From positions 1 through 64,000 of the forward strand of contig JBFWWG010000016.1 in NCBI GenBank assembly GCA_050246315.1: 64,000 nucleotides of DNA, written 5' to 3'. The notes beneath the pieces are model-generated. The model did no database searches. It saw only the letters and a list, made by a program, of their open reading frames with translations, and had not been told where the DNA came from. The stretch comes from Nitrospiraceae bacterium. Lineage in GTDB: Bacteria; Nitrospirota; Nitrospiria; Nitrospirales; Nitrospiraceae. Of this stretch, positions 10,287-19,335 are shown piece after piece (position 1 is the stretch's first letter; the number at the start of each line of letters is the position of its first letter). The translations under genes were made by a program, and so were the position numbers.

Positions 10287-11684
10287 ATGCTGGCAGAACG
10301 TCTCGCTCGATACAGCCGGTGGCTCTGCTATGAGGATCTGCCGGGCGACGTCGTCCATGAAGTGAAACGACGGATTGTCGATAGCCTGGGCTGTGCCTTC
10401 GGAGCCTGGAACGCACCTCCTTGCCGGATCGCGCGGGATCTGGCGCGATCGGTCTCGGATGCCCGGGGCGCGATGCTCTGGGGCACAAAGCACAAAGCTC
10501 CGCCGGACCTGGCCGCGTTTGCCAACGGGGCGCTGGTCCGCTACCTCGACTTCAACGATACCTATCTGTCCAAAGAGCCGGCCCATCCCTCCGACAATAT
10601 TGCAGCGGTGCTCGCGGCGGGAGAGACCGCGCGGGCCTCCGGCCAGCGGGTCATCCAGGCGATCGCATTGGCCTACGAGATCCAATGCCGGCTCTGTGAC
10701 GCGGCGGCCTTGCGACCCCGCGGTTGGGATCACGTCTCCTACGGGCCGATTGCCTCAGCCCTGGCCGTGGCCAAGGTGTTGAAGCTCTCGGAGGAGCATA
10801 CGCGACACGCTGTGAATTTGGCGGGCGTGGCCAATGTCGCGCTGCGCCAGACCAGAGTGGGTGATCTCTCTATGTGGAAGGCCTGCGCGTATTCAAATGC
10901 CGCCCGGAACGGTCTGTTCGCATCGTTGCTCGCGCGGGGCGGCATGACCGGACCTTCGCCGATCTTCGAGGGCGAGAAGGGGTTCATGAAGCTTGTTTCG
11001 GGCCAGTTCGAACTGGCGCCGCTGGCTGCCGAAAAGGATCGGCCGCAGGCCGGGTCCTTCAAGATTCTGGATGCCTACATCAAGCATTTTCCGGTCGAGT
11101 ACCACGCCCAGACGGCGGTCGAGGCGGCCTTGATGGTGCGAGAAGAGTTGCTCAAGGCCGAAGGACCGGAAACCTTGCGAGAGATCACCGCGGTGACGAT
11201 CGAGAGTTACGACGTGGCGATAGAAATTATCGGGTGCGACCCGGAGAAATGGCGCCCTCAAACCAGAGAAACCGCCGACCACAGCTTCCCCTATTGCGTC
11301 GCAGTGGCCTTACTGGATGGTACCGTCACGCTCCGTTCGTTCGAGCCTCGCAGGCTCAAGGATCCGGTTCTGTCGGAGTTGATGCAGAACGTGCGGGTCT
11401 CTCCGCGACGGGAATTCGTCGGGCGTTATCCGGAGGCCATGCCGACCAGACTGACGGTCCGCACGGCGGCCGGTCGAGAGTATGTCGCGCAGGTAGACCA
11501 TCCGCTGGGACATCCCAAGAATCCCATGTCCGATCGACAAGTCGAGGAGAAATTTCTCAGGCTGGCGAAGGGCAAACTCGAAAAAAAGCAAGCACGGACG
11601 CTCTTGGATGTCGTCTGGCACCTCGAACAGGTGAAGGATATCGGCATCCTTTCGCGCCATATGAGAGTGAAAGGAGCGGCCTGA
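10287..11684 (+). CDS. prpD: 2-methylcitrate dehydratase (MmgE/PrpD)
   Basis: RYLDFNDTYLSKEPAHPSDN, GWDH, ETADHS, GHPKNP. Confidence 0.92.
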   Translation: MLAERLARYSRWLCYEDLPGDVVHEVKRRIVDSLGCAFGAWNAPPCRIARDLARSVSDARGAMLWGTKHKAPPDLAAFANGALVRYLDFNDTYLSKEPAHPSDNIAAVLAAGETARASGQRVIQAIALAYEIQCRLCDAAALRPRGWDHVSYGPIASALAVAKVLKLSEEHTRHAVNLAGVANVALRQTRVGDLSMWKACAYSNAARNGLFASLLARGGMTGPSPIFEGEKGFMKLVSGQFELAPLAAEKDRPQAGSFKILDAYIKHFPVEYHAQTAVEAALMVREELLKAEGPETLREITAVTIESYDVAIEIIGCDPEKWRPQTRETADHSFPYCVAVALLDGTVTLRSFEPRRLKDPVLSELMQNVRVSPRREFVGRYPEAMPTRLTVRTAAGREYVAQVDHPLGHPKNPMSDRQVEEKFLRLAKGKLEKKQARTLLDVVWHLEQVKDIGILSRHMRVKGAA

Positions 11685-11686
11685 CC

Positions 11687-12610
11687 GTGACCGAGCGACA
11701 GGACACTTCCGCCCGCCGCCTTCGCCGATTGCTGGATCGTCGGACGATCGCTCTGCCCGGTGCCTTCAACGCGTTGACGGCCCTCCAGATCGAACGGGCC
11801 GGCTTTGAGGCCCTGTATATCTCCGGTGCGGGACTGTCGGCAGTTCGTGGTCTACCGGATCTGGGACTGCTGTCCATGACCGAAGTCGTCTCAGATGCCG
11901 CCGCCATTTCCCGATGCGTAACGATCCCGGCCTTGATGGACGCGGACACCGGCTTCGGGTCGGCCCTGAATGTGATGCGGACTGTGGAGCAATGTGAGGC
12001 GGCTGGTATTGCAGGTGTGCAGTTGGAAGACCAGGAACTGCCCAAACGTTGCGGGCATCTGCCGGGGAAGGTCTTGGTTTCGACGAGCGAGATGGCAAGC
12101 AAGGTGGCGGCGGCCTGCCGGGCGCGGAAGGACCCCGACTTTCTGATCGTCGCCCGCACAGACGCGCGGGCGGTCGAGGGCATGGAAGGAGCGGTCAAGC
12201 GAGCCTTGGCCTACGTGGAGGCGGGGGCCGATGCGATTTTCCCCGAAGCGCTCGAATCGGCGGAAGAGTTCCGGCTCTTCGCTGACCGAATGGCGAAAGA
12301 AGGTGTGAAAGCGCCGTTGGTGGCGAATATGACCGAGTTCGGCAAGACGCCCTACCTTCGAGTCGGCGAGTTTGAGGCCCTAGGTTACCGGCTGGTCTTG
12401 TTTCCGGTCAGTGCGCTCCGGGTCGCTGCCAAGGCGGTCGAAGAGTTCTTGCGCGACCTGAGGCGGCTCGGCACGCAGAAGGACCGGCTGCCGCACTTGC
12501 AGACGCGCCGGGAACTCTACGACCTGCTGAAACACGACGACTACGAACGCCGATCCCGTCAAGGCGAGAAGCCTCATGAGGAGCACCATGACGACACAAG
12601 CAGCCGATGA
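11687..12610 (+). CDS. prpB: 2-methylisocitrate lyase
   Basis: DADTGFG, PKRCGH, ARTDA, ANMTEFGKTP; the longer ORF from 10874 is an overlap artefact. Confidence 0.92.
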   Translation: MTERQDTSARRLRRLLDRRTIALPGAFNALTALQIERAGFEALYISGAGLSAVRGLPDLGLLSMTEVVSDAAAISRCVTIPALMDADTGFGSALNVMRTVEQCEAAGIAGVQLEDQELPKRCGHLPGKVLVSTSEMASKVAAACRARKDPDFLIVARTDARAVEGMEGAVKRALAYVEAGADAIFPEALESAEEFRLFADRMAKEGVKAPLVANMTEFGKTPYLRVGEFEALGYRLVLFPVSALRVAAKAVEEFLRDLRRLGTQKDRLPHLQTRRELYDLLKHDDYERRSRQGEKPHEEHHDDTSSR

Positions 12611-13754
12611 CGAGACCACGACGATTCCCTATCGACCCGGTCTCGATGGGGTCCCTGCGGGCGAATCTGCGATCTGTCAGGTGGACGAAGGAGACTTGGG
12701 GCTGCGTTATCGCGGGTACCCGATCGGCGATCTGGCCGAGCAAGGGACGTTTGAAGAGACGGCCTATCTGTTGCTCTTCGGCGAGCTGCCCGGGAAGAAG
12801 GAGTCGGCGGATTTCGCCGAACGGCTGCGGGCCGAGTGGTCGTTGCCTCCGTCGGTCGAAGCCTTTCTGGACCTCGTCCCATCGACAGCCCACCCAATGG
12901 ACGTGCTGAGGACCGGTATCTCCCAATTGGGCATGGTCGATCGGGACGTCGAAGACGGGTCGCATCAGGCGAATCTACGAAAATCCATTCGGCTGTTGGC
13001 TCAGACGCCGGAATTCATCTCCGCCGTCTATCGACGGACTCATAATCTTCCGCGGCTCCATCCGCGGGCTGACCTGTCCTTTTCGGAAAACCTGCTCTAT
13101 CTCTTAACCGGCCGCCAGGGAGATGCGCAGGCCAACGCGATGGCCCGCGTTCTGGACATCTCGTTGATCCTCTATGCAGAACACGAGTTCAATGCCTCCA
13201 CTTTTGCGGCGCGGGTCACGGCCTCGACCCTGACCGATCTGCACGCCGCCGTCACCAGCGCGATCGGCACCCTCAAGGGTCCGCTGCACGGCGGGGCCAA
13301 CGAAGCGGTCGCCGCGATGTTGGTGGACGTGGGCTCGCCGGATCGGGCCGAGCCTTGGGTGAGGACCTCTCTGGCCGAGAAGCGACGCATAATGGGGTTT
13401 GGACATCGGGTGCTGAAGAAGGGCGATCCGCGGTCCCTGATCATTCAACGGGAGGCCGAGCGCCTGAGCCGTCTCTGCGAGAACCGGCGGTGGTACGACA
13501 CGGCCGTGGCCATTGACCGGATCATGCAGAGCGAGAAAGCCCTCTATCCGAATCTGGATTTCTACACGGCGGTCGCCTATCTGTTGATGGACATCCCGCG
13601 GGAGCTCTACACGCCCGTGTTCGTCTGTTCCCGTATGTCCGGCTGGTGCGCGCACGTGATCGAACAGCAGGACCACAACCGCTTGATGCGGCCCCGCGCC
13701 CTCTATACGGGGCCGCCAGCGAGGACCTATGTGTCCCTCGATCGCCGTGGATGA
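12576..13754 (+). CDS. prpC: 2-methylcitrate synthase / citrate synthase family
   Basis: YAEHEFNASTF, GPLHGGANE, MGFGHRV, PNLDFY; prpDB context. Confidence 0.88.
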   Translation: MRSTMTTQAADDETTTIPYRPGLDGVPAGESAICQVDEGDLGLRYRGYPIGDLAEQGTFEETAYLLLFGELPGKKESADFAERLRAEWSLPPSVEAFLDLVPSTAHPMDVLRTGISQLGMVDRDVEDGSHQANLRKSIRLLAQTPEFISAVYRRTHNLPRLHPRADLSFSENLLYLLTGRQGDAQANAMARVLDISLILYAEHEFNASTFAARVTASTLTDLHAAVTSAIGTLKGPLHGGANEAVAAMLVDVGSPDRAEPWVRTSLAEKRRIMGFGHRVLKKGDPRSLIIQREAERLSRLCENRRWYDTAVAIDRIMQSEKALYPNLDFYTAVAYLLMDIPRELYTPVFVCSRMSGWCAHVIEQQDHNRLMRPRALYTGPPARTYVSLDRRG

Positions 13755-15447
13755 ACGTATTGCGCGGGCGCGGGAACTATCCGGCGATTCCGCTGCGCTT
13801 CCATGGCAATCCTTCGCCGAGTTCTACCGAGCACGAGTCTACGATCCGGATCTGATCAAACGGACCTTCCTGACCTACTACGACGACGACCGGCAGATCC
13901 GGCGCAGCTACACCTATGGCGAATTCAACGCACTGGTGCAGAAGGTTGCGGCTTTTCTCCACGATCGGCTCGGGCTGGTCCGCGGTGATCGGCTCGCGAC
14001 GATCCTGTCGAATCACGACATCACGGTGCTGGTGTACTTTGCCGCCTGGACCTTGGGCCTGGCCGTGGTCCCGATCAACGCTGAGGAGGCGCCGGAGAAA
14101 AAGCGCTACATCCTGGAGCATTCGGAGGCTTCGGCGGTCCTTTGCTGGCGAGGATTGTTCGAGGAGTTGAAACAGCATCAGGGCGAATTGCCCGCGCTCA
14201 GCCACGTCGTGGCGTTGGAGGACGCGACCGAGCACGGGTCCTTCATGCTCGCCGAGCATGCGGGGCAGGATAGGGCGAGCCGCCACGTGCCGGCGTTGCC
14301 GCCGCATCTGCAGGACGAAGCGCTGATCGTCTATACCTCCGGCACAACAGGCCCGCCCAAGGGAGTTGTGCTCACGGCAGAGAATCTGCTGATCGATGCT
14401 GACGCCATCAGCCAGTGGCATCGGTTCGGCCCGCAGGATCGGCTGATGTGCGTGTTGCCGATCCATCATGTCAACGGCATCGTGGTCACGCTTGTCACGC
14501 CGTTCTTCTGCAAGGGCACTGCGGTGCTGAGCCGCAAGTTCAAGTCCAGCCTGTTCTGGCGGCGCCTGCACGAGGAACAGGTCACCTGCGTGAGTGTGGT
14601 CCCCACTCTGTTGGAGTTTCTGCTCGAGGCTGACGAAGATCTGGCACCCTATCGCTTGGAGCAGTTCGGGGGATTTATCTGTGGAGCCGGCCCGCTGCTC
14701 AAGGATACCGCGGCCCGGTTTGAAGACCGGTTCGGCTTTCTCATCCGGCATGGGTACGGCCTGTCGGAAGCCACCTGCTATTCTTGCTTCCTGCCGAATG
14801 ATCTCTCACCCGAGGAACATCGCCGCTGGCTCACGGCTTATGAGTTTCCATCGATCGGCGTGCCGCTGCGCCATAACCTCATGACGATCCTCGATCAGTC
14901 CGGAGCCTCGCTGCCTGAACTCGCGCGCGGGGAAATCTGCATCAAAGGCGGCACCGTCTGCGGGGGCTACTTCAACCGGCCGGACGCCAACGAGGCGGCG
15001 TTCAAGTGGGGCTGGTTTCGAACCGGCGACGAAGGCTATTTCGTCCGGGACGAACAGGGGCGTCCATTCTTCTTCATCTCCGGGCGCCTCAAGGAACTCA
15101 TCATTCGCGGCGGCGTAAACATTTCACCGCTGGAGATCGACGAAGTGTTGAGGGGCCATCCCGGAGTCAAGTTCGCCATGGCCGTGCCCTTCGAGCATCG
15201 GTTCTACGGTGAAGAAATCGCGGCCTATGTCGTGCCGGGTGACGGCTTGTCTGGCCTCACGGCCAACATGCTGGAGGAGTTCTGCCGGCCCCGCTTGCCG
15301 TTCTGGAAACGACCCAAGGTGATCCTGTTCGGGCAGGATGTGCCCTACACCTCGACGGGCAAACCCAAGCGGCTGGAGTTGAAGGCGAAGTTGGCGGCTG
15401 AGCTGGTTCGCTATCGAGACCATCAGTTCAAGGATGTCGCGTCATAA
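13747..15447 (+). CDS. Acyl-CoA synthetase (AMP-forming)
   Basis: YTSGTTGPPKG, HGYGLSE, TGDEG, SGRLKELIIRGG, TSTGKPKR. Confidence 0.9.
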   Translation: MDERIARARELSGDSAALPWQSFAEFYRARVYDPDLIKRTFLTYYDDDRQIRRSYTYGEFNALVQKVAAFLHDRLGLVRGDRLATILSNHDITVLVYFAAWTLGLAVVPINAEEAPEKKRYILEHSEASAVLCWRGLFEELKQHQGELPALSHVVALEDATEHGSFMLAEHAGQDRASRHVPALPPHLQDEALIVYTSGTTGPPKGVVLTAENLLIDADAISQWHRFGPQDRLMCVLPIHHVNGIVVTLVTPFFCKGTAVLSRKFKSSLFWRRLHEEQVTCVSVVPTLLEFLLEADEDLAPYRLEQFGGFICGAGPLLKDTAARFEDRFGFLIRHGYGLSEATCYSCFLPNDLSPEEHRRWLTAYEFPSIGVPLRHNLMTILDQSGASLPELARGEICIKGGTVCGGYFNRPDANEAAFKWGWFRTGDEGYFVRDEQGRPFFFISGRLKELIIRGGVNISPLEIDEVLRGHPGVKFAMAVPFEHRFYGEEIAAYVVPGDGLSGLTANMLEEFCRPRLPFWKRPKVILFGQDVPYTSTGKPKRLELKAKLAAELVRYRDHQFKDVAS

Positions 15448-15465
15448 CCGTGCAGGAGCCGAATC

Positions 15466-17373
15466 ATGGCGCAACTCTTCAAAGGTCTGGAGAAGATCGA
15501 AGAAGCCCGCGAGAAGTTGACGGGCCGGAGTTTCATGGCGGGGCTCTATGAAGGGCGCCCGGACTTCTCGCTGCTGTTGCCGCCTGAGGAGCCGCCGGAA
15601 GAGCGGGCGGCGGGGGAGGCCTTCTGTAAGACCATCGAAGTGTTTCTCACCAACCATGTCGATCCGGACGAGATCGAACGGACCGCCAAAATTCCTCAAC
15701 AGGTCCTCCAAGGGTTGTTCTCGCTCGGCGCCTTCGGGATGAAGATTCCGAAGGAATATGGAGGGCTCGGGTTCTCCTACACGAATTATGGCCGTGTCCT
15801 GACCCTGATCGCCAGTTGGAGCAACATCCTGGCTCTGACCGTCGCCGTGCCTCAATCCATCGGTATCGGCATGCCGGTGTTGCTGTTCGGCAGCGAGGAG
15901 CAGAAGAAGACATACCTCCCGCTGGTGGCGCGGGAGCAGCTCTCCGCCTTTGCGTTGACGGAACCGGTGACCGGCTCGGATGCGGCGAACGTCCAGACCG
16001 AAGCGAGATTGAATGCGACGGGCGACGCGTTCATCGTCAACGGTCAGAAGCTCTGGTGCACCAACGGTCCGATCGCCCGCTTCGTTACCTTGATCGCGAG
16101 GGTACCGGCCAGACGGGTACAGCGGGACGGCAAACCGGTCTGGGCGCCGGTGTCCGACAAGAACCAGGCTGAGGATTCCGTCCATTCGGCCTTCGTCCTC
16201 GATATGATGTGGCCCGGCGTGCAGGTGCGACAACGGTGTCACTTCGAAGGCTGCCGGGGCATCGAGAACGCCTGGATGACGTTCGAGCAGGTCCGCATCC
16301 CGGCCGGCAATCTCATCGGCGAAATCGGCAAGGGCCTCAAGTACGCACTGACCATCTTGAATATCGGCCGCGCCATCAGTATTCCCGCGATCTGTCTTGG
16401 CATGGCGAAGCAGGCCTGGCAGCCGACTCTGGACCGGGCGCATAGCCGCCGCACGTTCCAAAAGCCGCTGGCGGAACGGCAGACGCAACAGGTGCGCATC
16501 GGTCGTATGGCGGCCGATCTGTTCGCGATGGAATCGCTCGCCCATCTGGTCTGGCGTCTCGCGGATCAGCACCAGTTCGACATCCGTATCGAAGCCGCCA
16601 TTGCCAAGATCTTCTGCTCCGAAGCCACGATCCGGTTCCTGAAAGATGCGCAAACCCTGTTCGGTGGCATGGGCTACGAGACGGCCGACTCCAAGCGTCT
16701 GCGCGGCGAACCGGCCTTCGGCATCGAGCAACTGGTGCGCGATGCGGAAATGTATCGGATCGGCGAAGGGGCCACCGACATCCTCCGCCCGTTCGTCTCG
16801 CGCGAAGGGCTGAATCCCCACCTCGAACGGGCGCAGGTCTATTTCGATGACAGGGCCACTGGGAGCAGACGGTTTGCGGAGCTGCTCAAACTCGCGCGGT
16901 TCTACATCCCATGGTATGTCAAATTGTGGAAGCGTATGCCGATTCCTCTGCGCCCGGAATTCCTGGATATGCCGGTCCTGTCTCACCTCTCTTTGGTTGA
17001 GCGACTGAGCCGGAAATTGGCAAGAGCCATCTTCTACGCGATAGCGATGAAGCGCGAATCGTTGAGGGATGACCAGGGAAGACAGAACCGAATCGAAATG
17101 ATCGGAGAAGATCTGCTCGTGATCGCGGCGGCGACCTTGAGAGCCAGACATGAAGAGCGGGAGACCGGGCAGGGGGATTGCTGGGAACTGGTCGAGCGCG
17201 TGGCCGCTGATGCGAAAGAACGGATCACGCGTGCTATCCGAGAATTGATCCGCAACCGCGACGAAGACGTGGCCGAAACAGGGCGTCACGCCTTGGCCGG
17301 ACGGTACGACCTGCTCAACAACGGCATCGTGCAGCGCAACCTCGACGACTACCTGCCGAAAAAGAACTCATAA
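15466..17373 (+). CDS. Acyl-CoA dehydrogenase (VLCAD/ACAD9-like, long form)
   Basis: AFALTEPVTGSDA, NGQKLWCTNG, RIGEGATDIL, C-terminal extension. Confidence 0.9.
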   Translation: MAQLFKGLEKIEEAREKLTGRSFMAGLYEGRPDFSLLLPPEEPPEERAAGEAFCKTIEVFLTNHVDPDEIERTAKIPQQVLQGLFSLGAFGMKIPKEYGGLGFSYTNYGRVLTLIASWSNILALTVAVPQSIGIGMPVLLFGSEEQKKTYLPLVAREQLSAFALTEPVTGSDAANVQTEARLNATGDAFIVNGQKLWCTNGPIARFVTLIARVPARRVQRDGKPVWAPVSDKNQAEDSVHSAFVLDMMWPGVQVRQRCHFEGCRGIENAWMTFEQVRIPAGNLIGEIGKGLKYALTILNIGRAISIPAICLGMAKQAWQPTLDRAHSRRTFQKPLAERQTQQVRIGRMAADLFAMESLAHLVWRLADQHQFDIRIEAAIAKIFCSEATIRFLKDAQTLFGGMGYETADSKRLRGEPAFGIEQLVRDAEMYRIGEGATDILRPFVSREGLNPHLERAQVYFDDRATGSRRFAELLKLARFYIPWYVKLWKRMPIPLRPEFLDMPVLSHLSLVERLSRKLARAIFYAIAMKRESLRDDQGRQNRIEMIGEDLLVIAAATLRARHEERETGQGDCWELVERVAADAKERITRAIRELIRNRDEDVAETGRHALAGRYDLLNNGIVQRNLDDYLPKKNS

Positions 17374-17477
17374 AGAGGAAAGACCTTCCTAGCACAGCGG
17401 ACGGTAGAGTTGGACGTGCTGTAACTGTGGAATGGGATCAGGGACGATCTCGGCTGTTCCGACTCAGGAGGAACACG

Positions 17478-17807
17478 TCACACCATTTCGATGAGCGTCT
17501 CCCCACCTGCAAGACGCTGCAAGATCTTCGGCAAAAGCGGTCCCAACCAGTTCCTGAGCGAGGAATTCGTGGCGTTGCCCAATCGCAGCCAGACCACCGA
17601 TGCCGGCTGAGCGACGAGTGTGGCGAGCACCGCAAAGTCCTCATCTTTCGTCATGATGATGTATCCGTGCCGCGGGGCGAACTCGAACACGGCACGATCA
17701 TCGAGATCCAAGCCAGGTTAATCGTTGACGTGAATCGCTTCATGTGCCTGTTCGCGAAGCCAGGTGGCGAGGCCGGGCGGGAGGTTGGCGTCCACGAGGA
17801 ACTTCAT
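17478..17807 (-). pseudogene. DUF5615 PIN-like toxin with in-frame TAA
   Basis: MKFLVDANLP...HVND*PGLDLDD..TKDEDF..WLRLGN; stop at 17718-17720; ATGA overlap with the antitoxin. Confidence 0.8.
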
Positions 17808-18040
17808 CCGGTCCGTGCCGGCACGATACTGTGATTCAGGTAGGCGGCGGCGTAGGCCATGGCGGCTCGGATGTCATCACGCTCCAGGTAAGGATAATCG
17901 CGCAAGATCTCGTCCTCGGAGGTGCCTGCTGCCAGCATATCCAGGATATCCTGGACACGAATGCGCATACCGCGAATACAGGGGCGGCCGCCGCACTTGC
18001 CCGGCTCAATGGTGATGCGTTGGAGAAGGTCAGTCTTCAT
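17804..18040 (-). CDS. DUF433 antitoxin
   Basis: RITIEPGKCGGRPCIRGMRIRV..IL.DYP.L. Confidence 0.88.
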   Translation of the reverse strand: MKTDLLQRITIEPGKCGGRPCIRGMRIRVQDILDMLAAGTSEDEILRDYPYLERDDIRAAMAYAAAYLNHSIVPARTG

Positions 18041-18376
18041 GGGTGACGGCGAGGAGCCCAACAACACGCTCCCTATGAATTGGGCGCACCATAGCAACAG
18101 CCCGGAGGCCGATCAACAAACGGAGAACAACGAGGGCCCTTTGTTTGGCGTCAGGACCCAGGCTCGGCGTCGCCATGCAGTCGCATTTGACCCCTTGGTG
18201 AGCCATTTCCATTCTGTGCATGCCGCGGCGAATCCCTCGCGCCCATCCCTTCCAGCCGAGGGTGCGGAGTATGTTGCGCCGCAACAGTACGAAATATTGA
18301 ATACGTGTTGGACTTGCAAGTAGACTTTCGTCCAAACAGGCCGCAGAAAACGTAGTACACTGGGGTCATTTCGGAT

Positions 18377-18678
18377 ATGAAGATCATCCAGGTAGTTCCG
18401 AAGGCAAATGCAAGGTGAGACTCAAAGCATTACTCAAGGCGAAGGAGCGAGCGCTTCGTGGCAGCGCCACAACGTTTGTGCGTCAGCGCGAAGGAAGGTG
18501 GCACCACGAGAAGTATCGCGGTTGGATCAATTGGGATGAGGCCCAGGGCGGGGTTTTAGTCGCAGAAGTGAGAACCCTGAATCAGTCGGTCGAGTGGCAA
18601 CTGCTTCAGGCATTCATAGGCTACCTCGATCGCCACCTCTCGAGCCACATTGAATCGATCTCGATTACGTATCGATAG
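18377..18678 (+). pseudogene. Small hypothetical protein, probably frameshifted near the N-terminus
   Basis: ATG at 18377 (MKIIQVVPK) stops after 13 codons; a coherent ORF continues in another frame from 18415. Confidence 0.45.
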
Positions 18679-18701
18679 AAAATGAAGCTCTTGGTGAGCT
18701 G

Positions 18702-18965
18702 ATGAAGATATTCTTTTTCATGGGTCGGAATCCGATTACAAAGAGCGGAGTTAGCTGGAAGATTTGGAAGGTTGTTCGGCACGGCCGGTTGGTTACGACA
18801 TATTGGGGGTCTGTGAAACTCCATCGGAGAAAAGTAGTGCCAGGTGCACATATTCGGTCTAAGACGCGACGATTCATTAACCCTGCGGAAGCTATTGCCT
18901 ACGAGAGTAACCTGGTTACGTCAAAGATTAAGAAAGGATATCAGCGCCGTACACGTCGGCGCTGA
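18702..18965 (+). CDS. Small basic WGR-like domain protein
   Basis: ..VTTYWG....F....A.......K.KKGY pattern resembles the WGR domain. Confidence 0.5.
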   Translation: MKIFFFMGRNPITKSGVSWKIWKVVRHGRLVTTYWGSVKLHRRKVVPGAHIRSKTRRFINPAEAIAYESNLVTSKIKKGYQRRTRRR

Positions 18966-18978
18966 TATTTGGTGAGGC

Positions 18979-19048
18979 GCCAATAGGGTCGGCCAATAGC
19001 CAATAGGGTCGCAATAGCCAATAGGGTCGGGTCTTGCAATGCCACATT
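18979..19048 (+). repeat. Stuttered GCCAATAGGGTCG repeats ending in a GGGTCGGGTCTTGCAAT REP-like end
   Basis: Three copies of GCCAATAGGGTCG (18979, 18999, 19017) with partial units between them. Confidence 0.7.
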
Positions 19049-19335
19049 GAGCAGGAAAAAGGAGGCCTTCTGAATTTCGTGGCATGATTCTCGTGGCTCG
19101 GTATGAAGCCCAGAATATCCTCTGACCTACACAACCCGACTCAGTGGCGCGCCGTACCCGGGTGCAATAAGCTTATGACCGCGACAGCTCCTCCAGAAGT
19201 CAGAAAAGCGGGACATTCTGAATTCTTGGAAGTAATTCCCAGCTGTCTCGGCACGAACACCAGCATGTCCGCTTAAGTCCTCGCTAGAGTCATCTGGCAT
19301 GGTCTCGGCCAGGCGGTGCGCTCAGCCCCACATTT

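Noticed and set aside
10874..11686. Apparent 270-aa N-terminal extension of PrpB
   Set aside because: It overlaps prpD in another frame; an RBS (AAGGAG) and GTG lie at 11671-11689.
18979..19029. Possible CRISPR array
   Set aside because: Units are 13 bp with 5-7-nt partial-repeat spacers; no unique spacers or cas genes.
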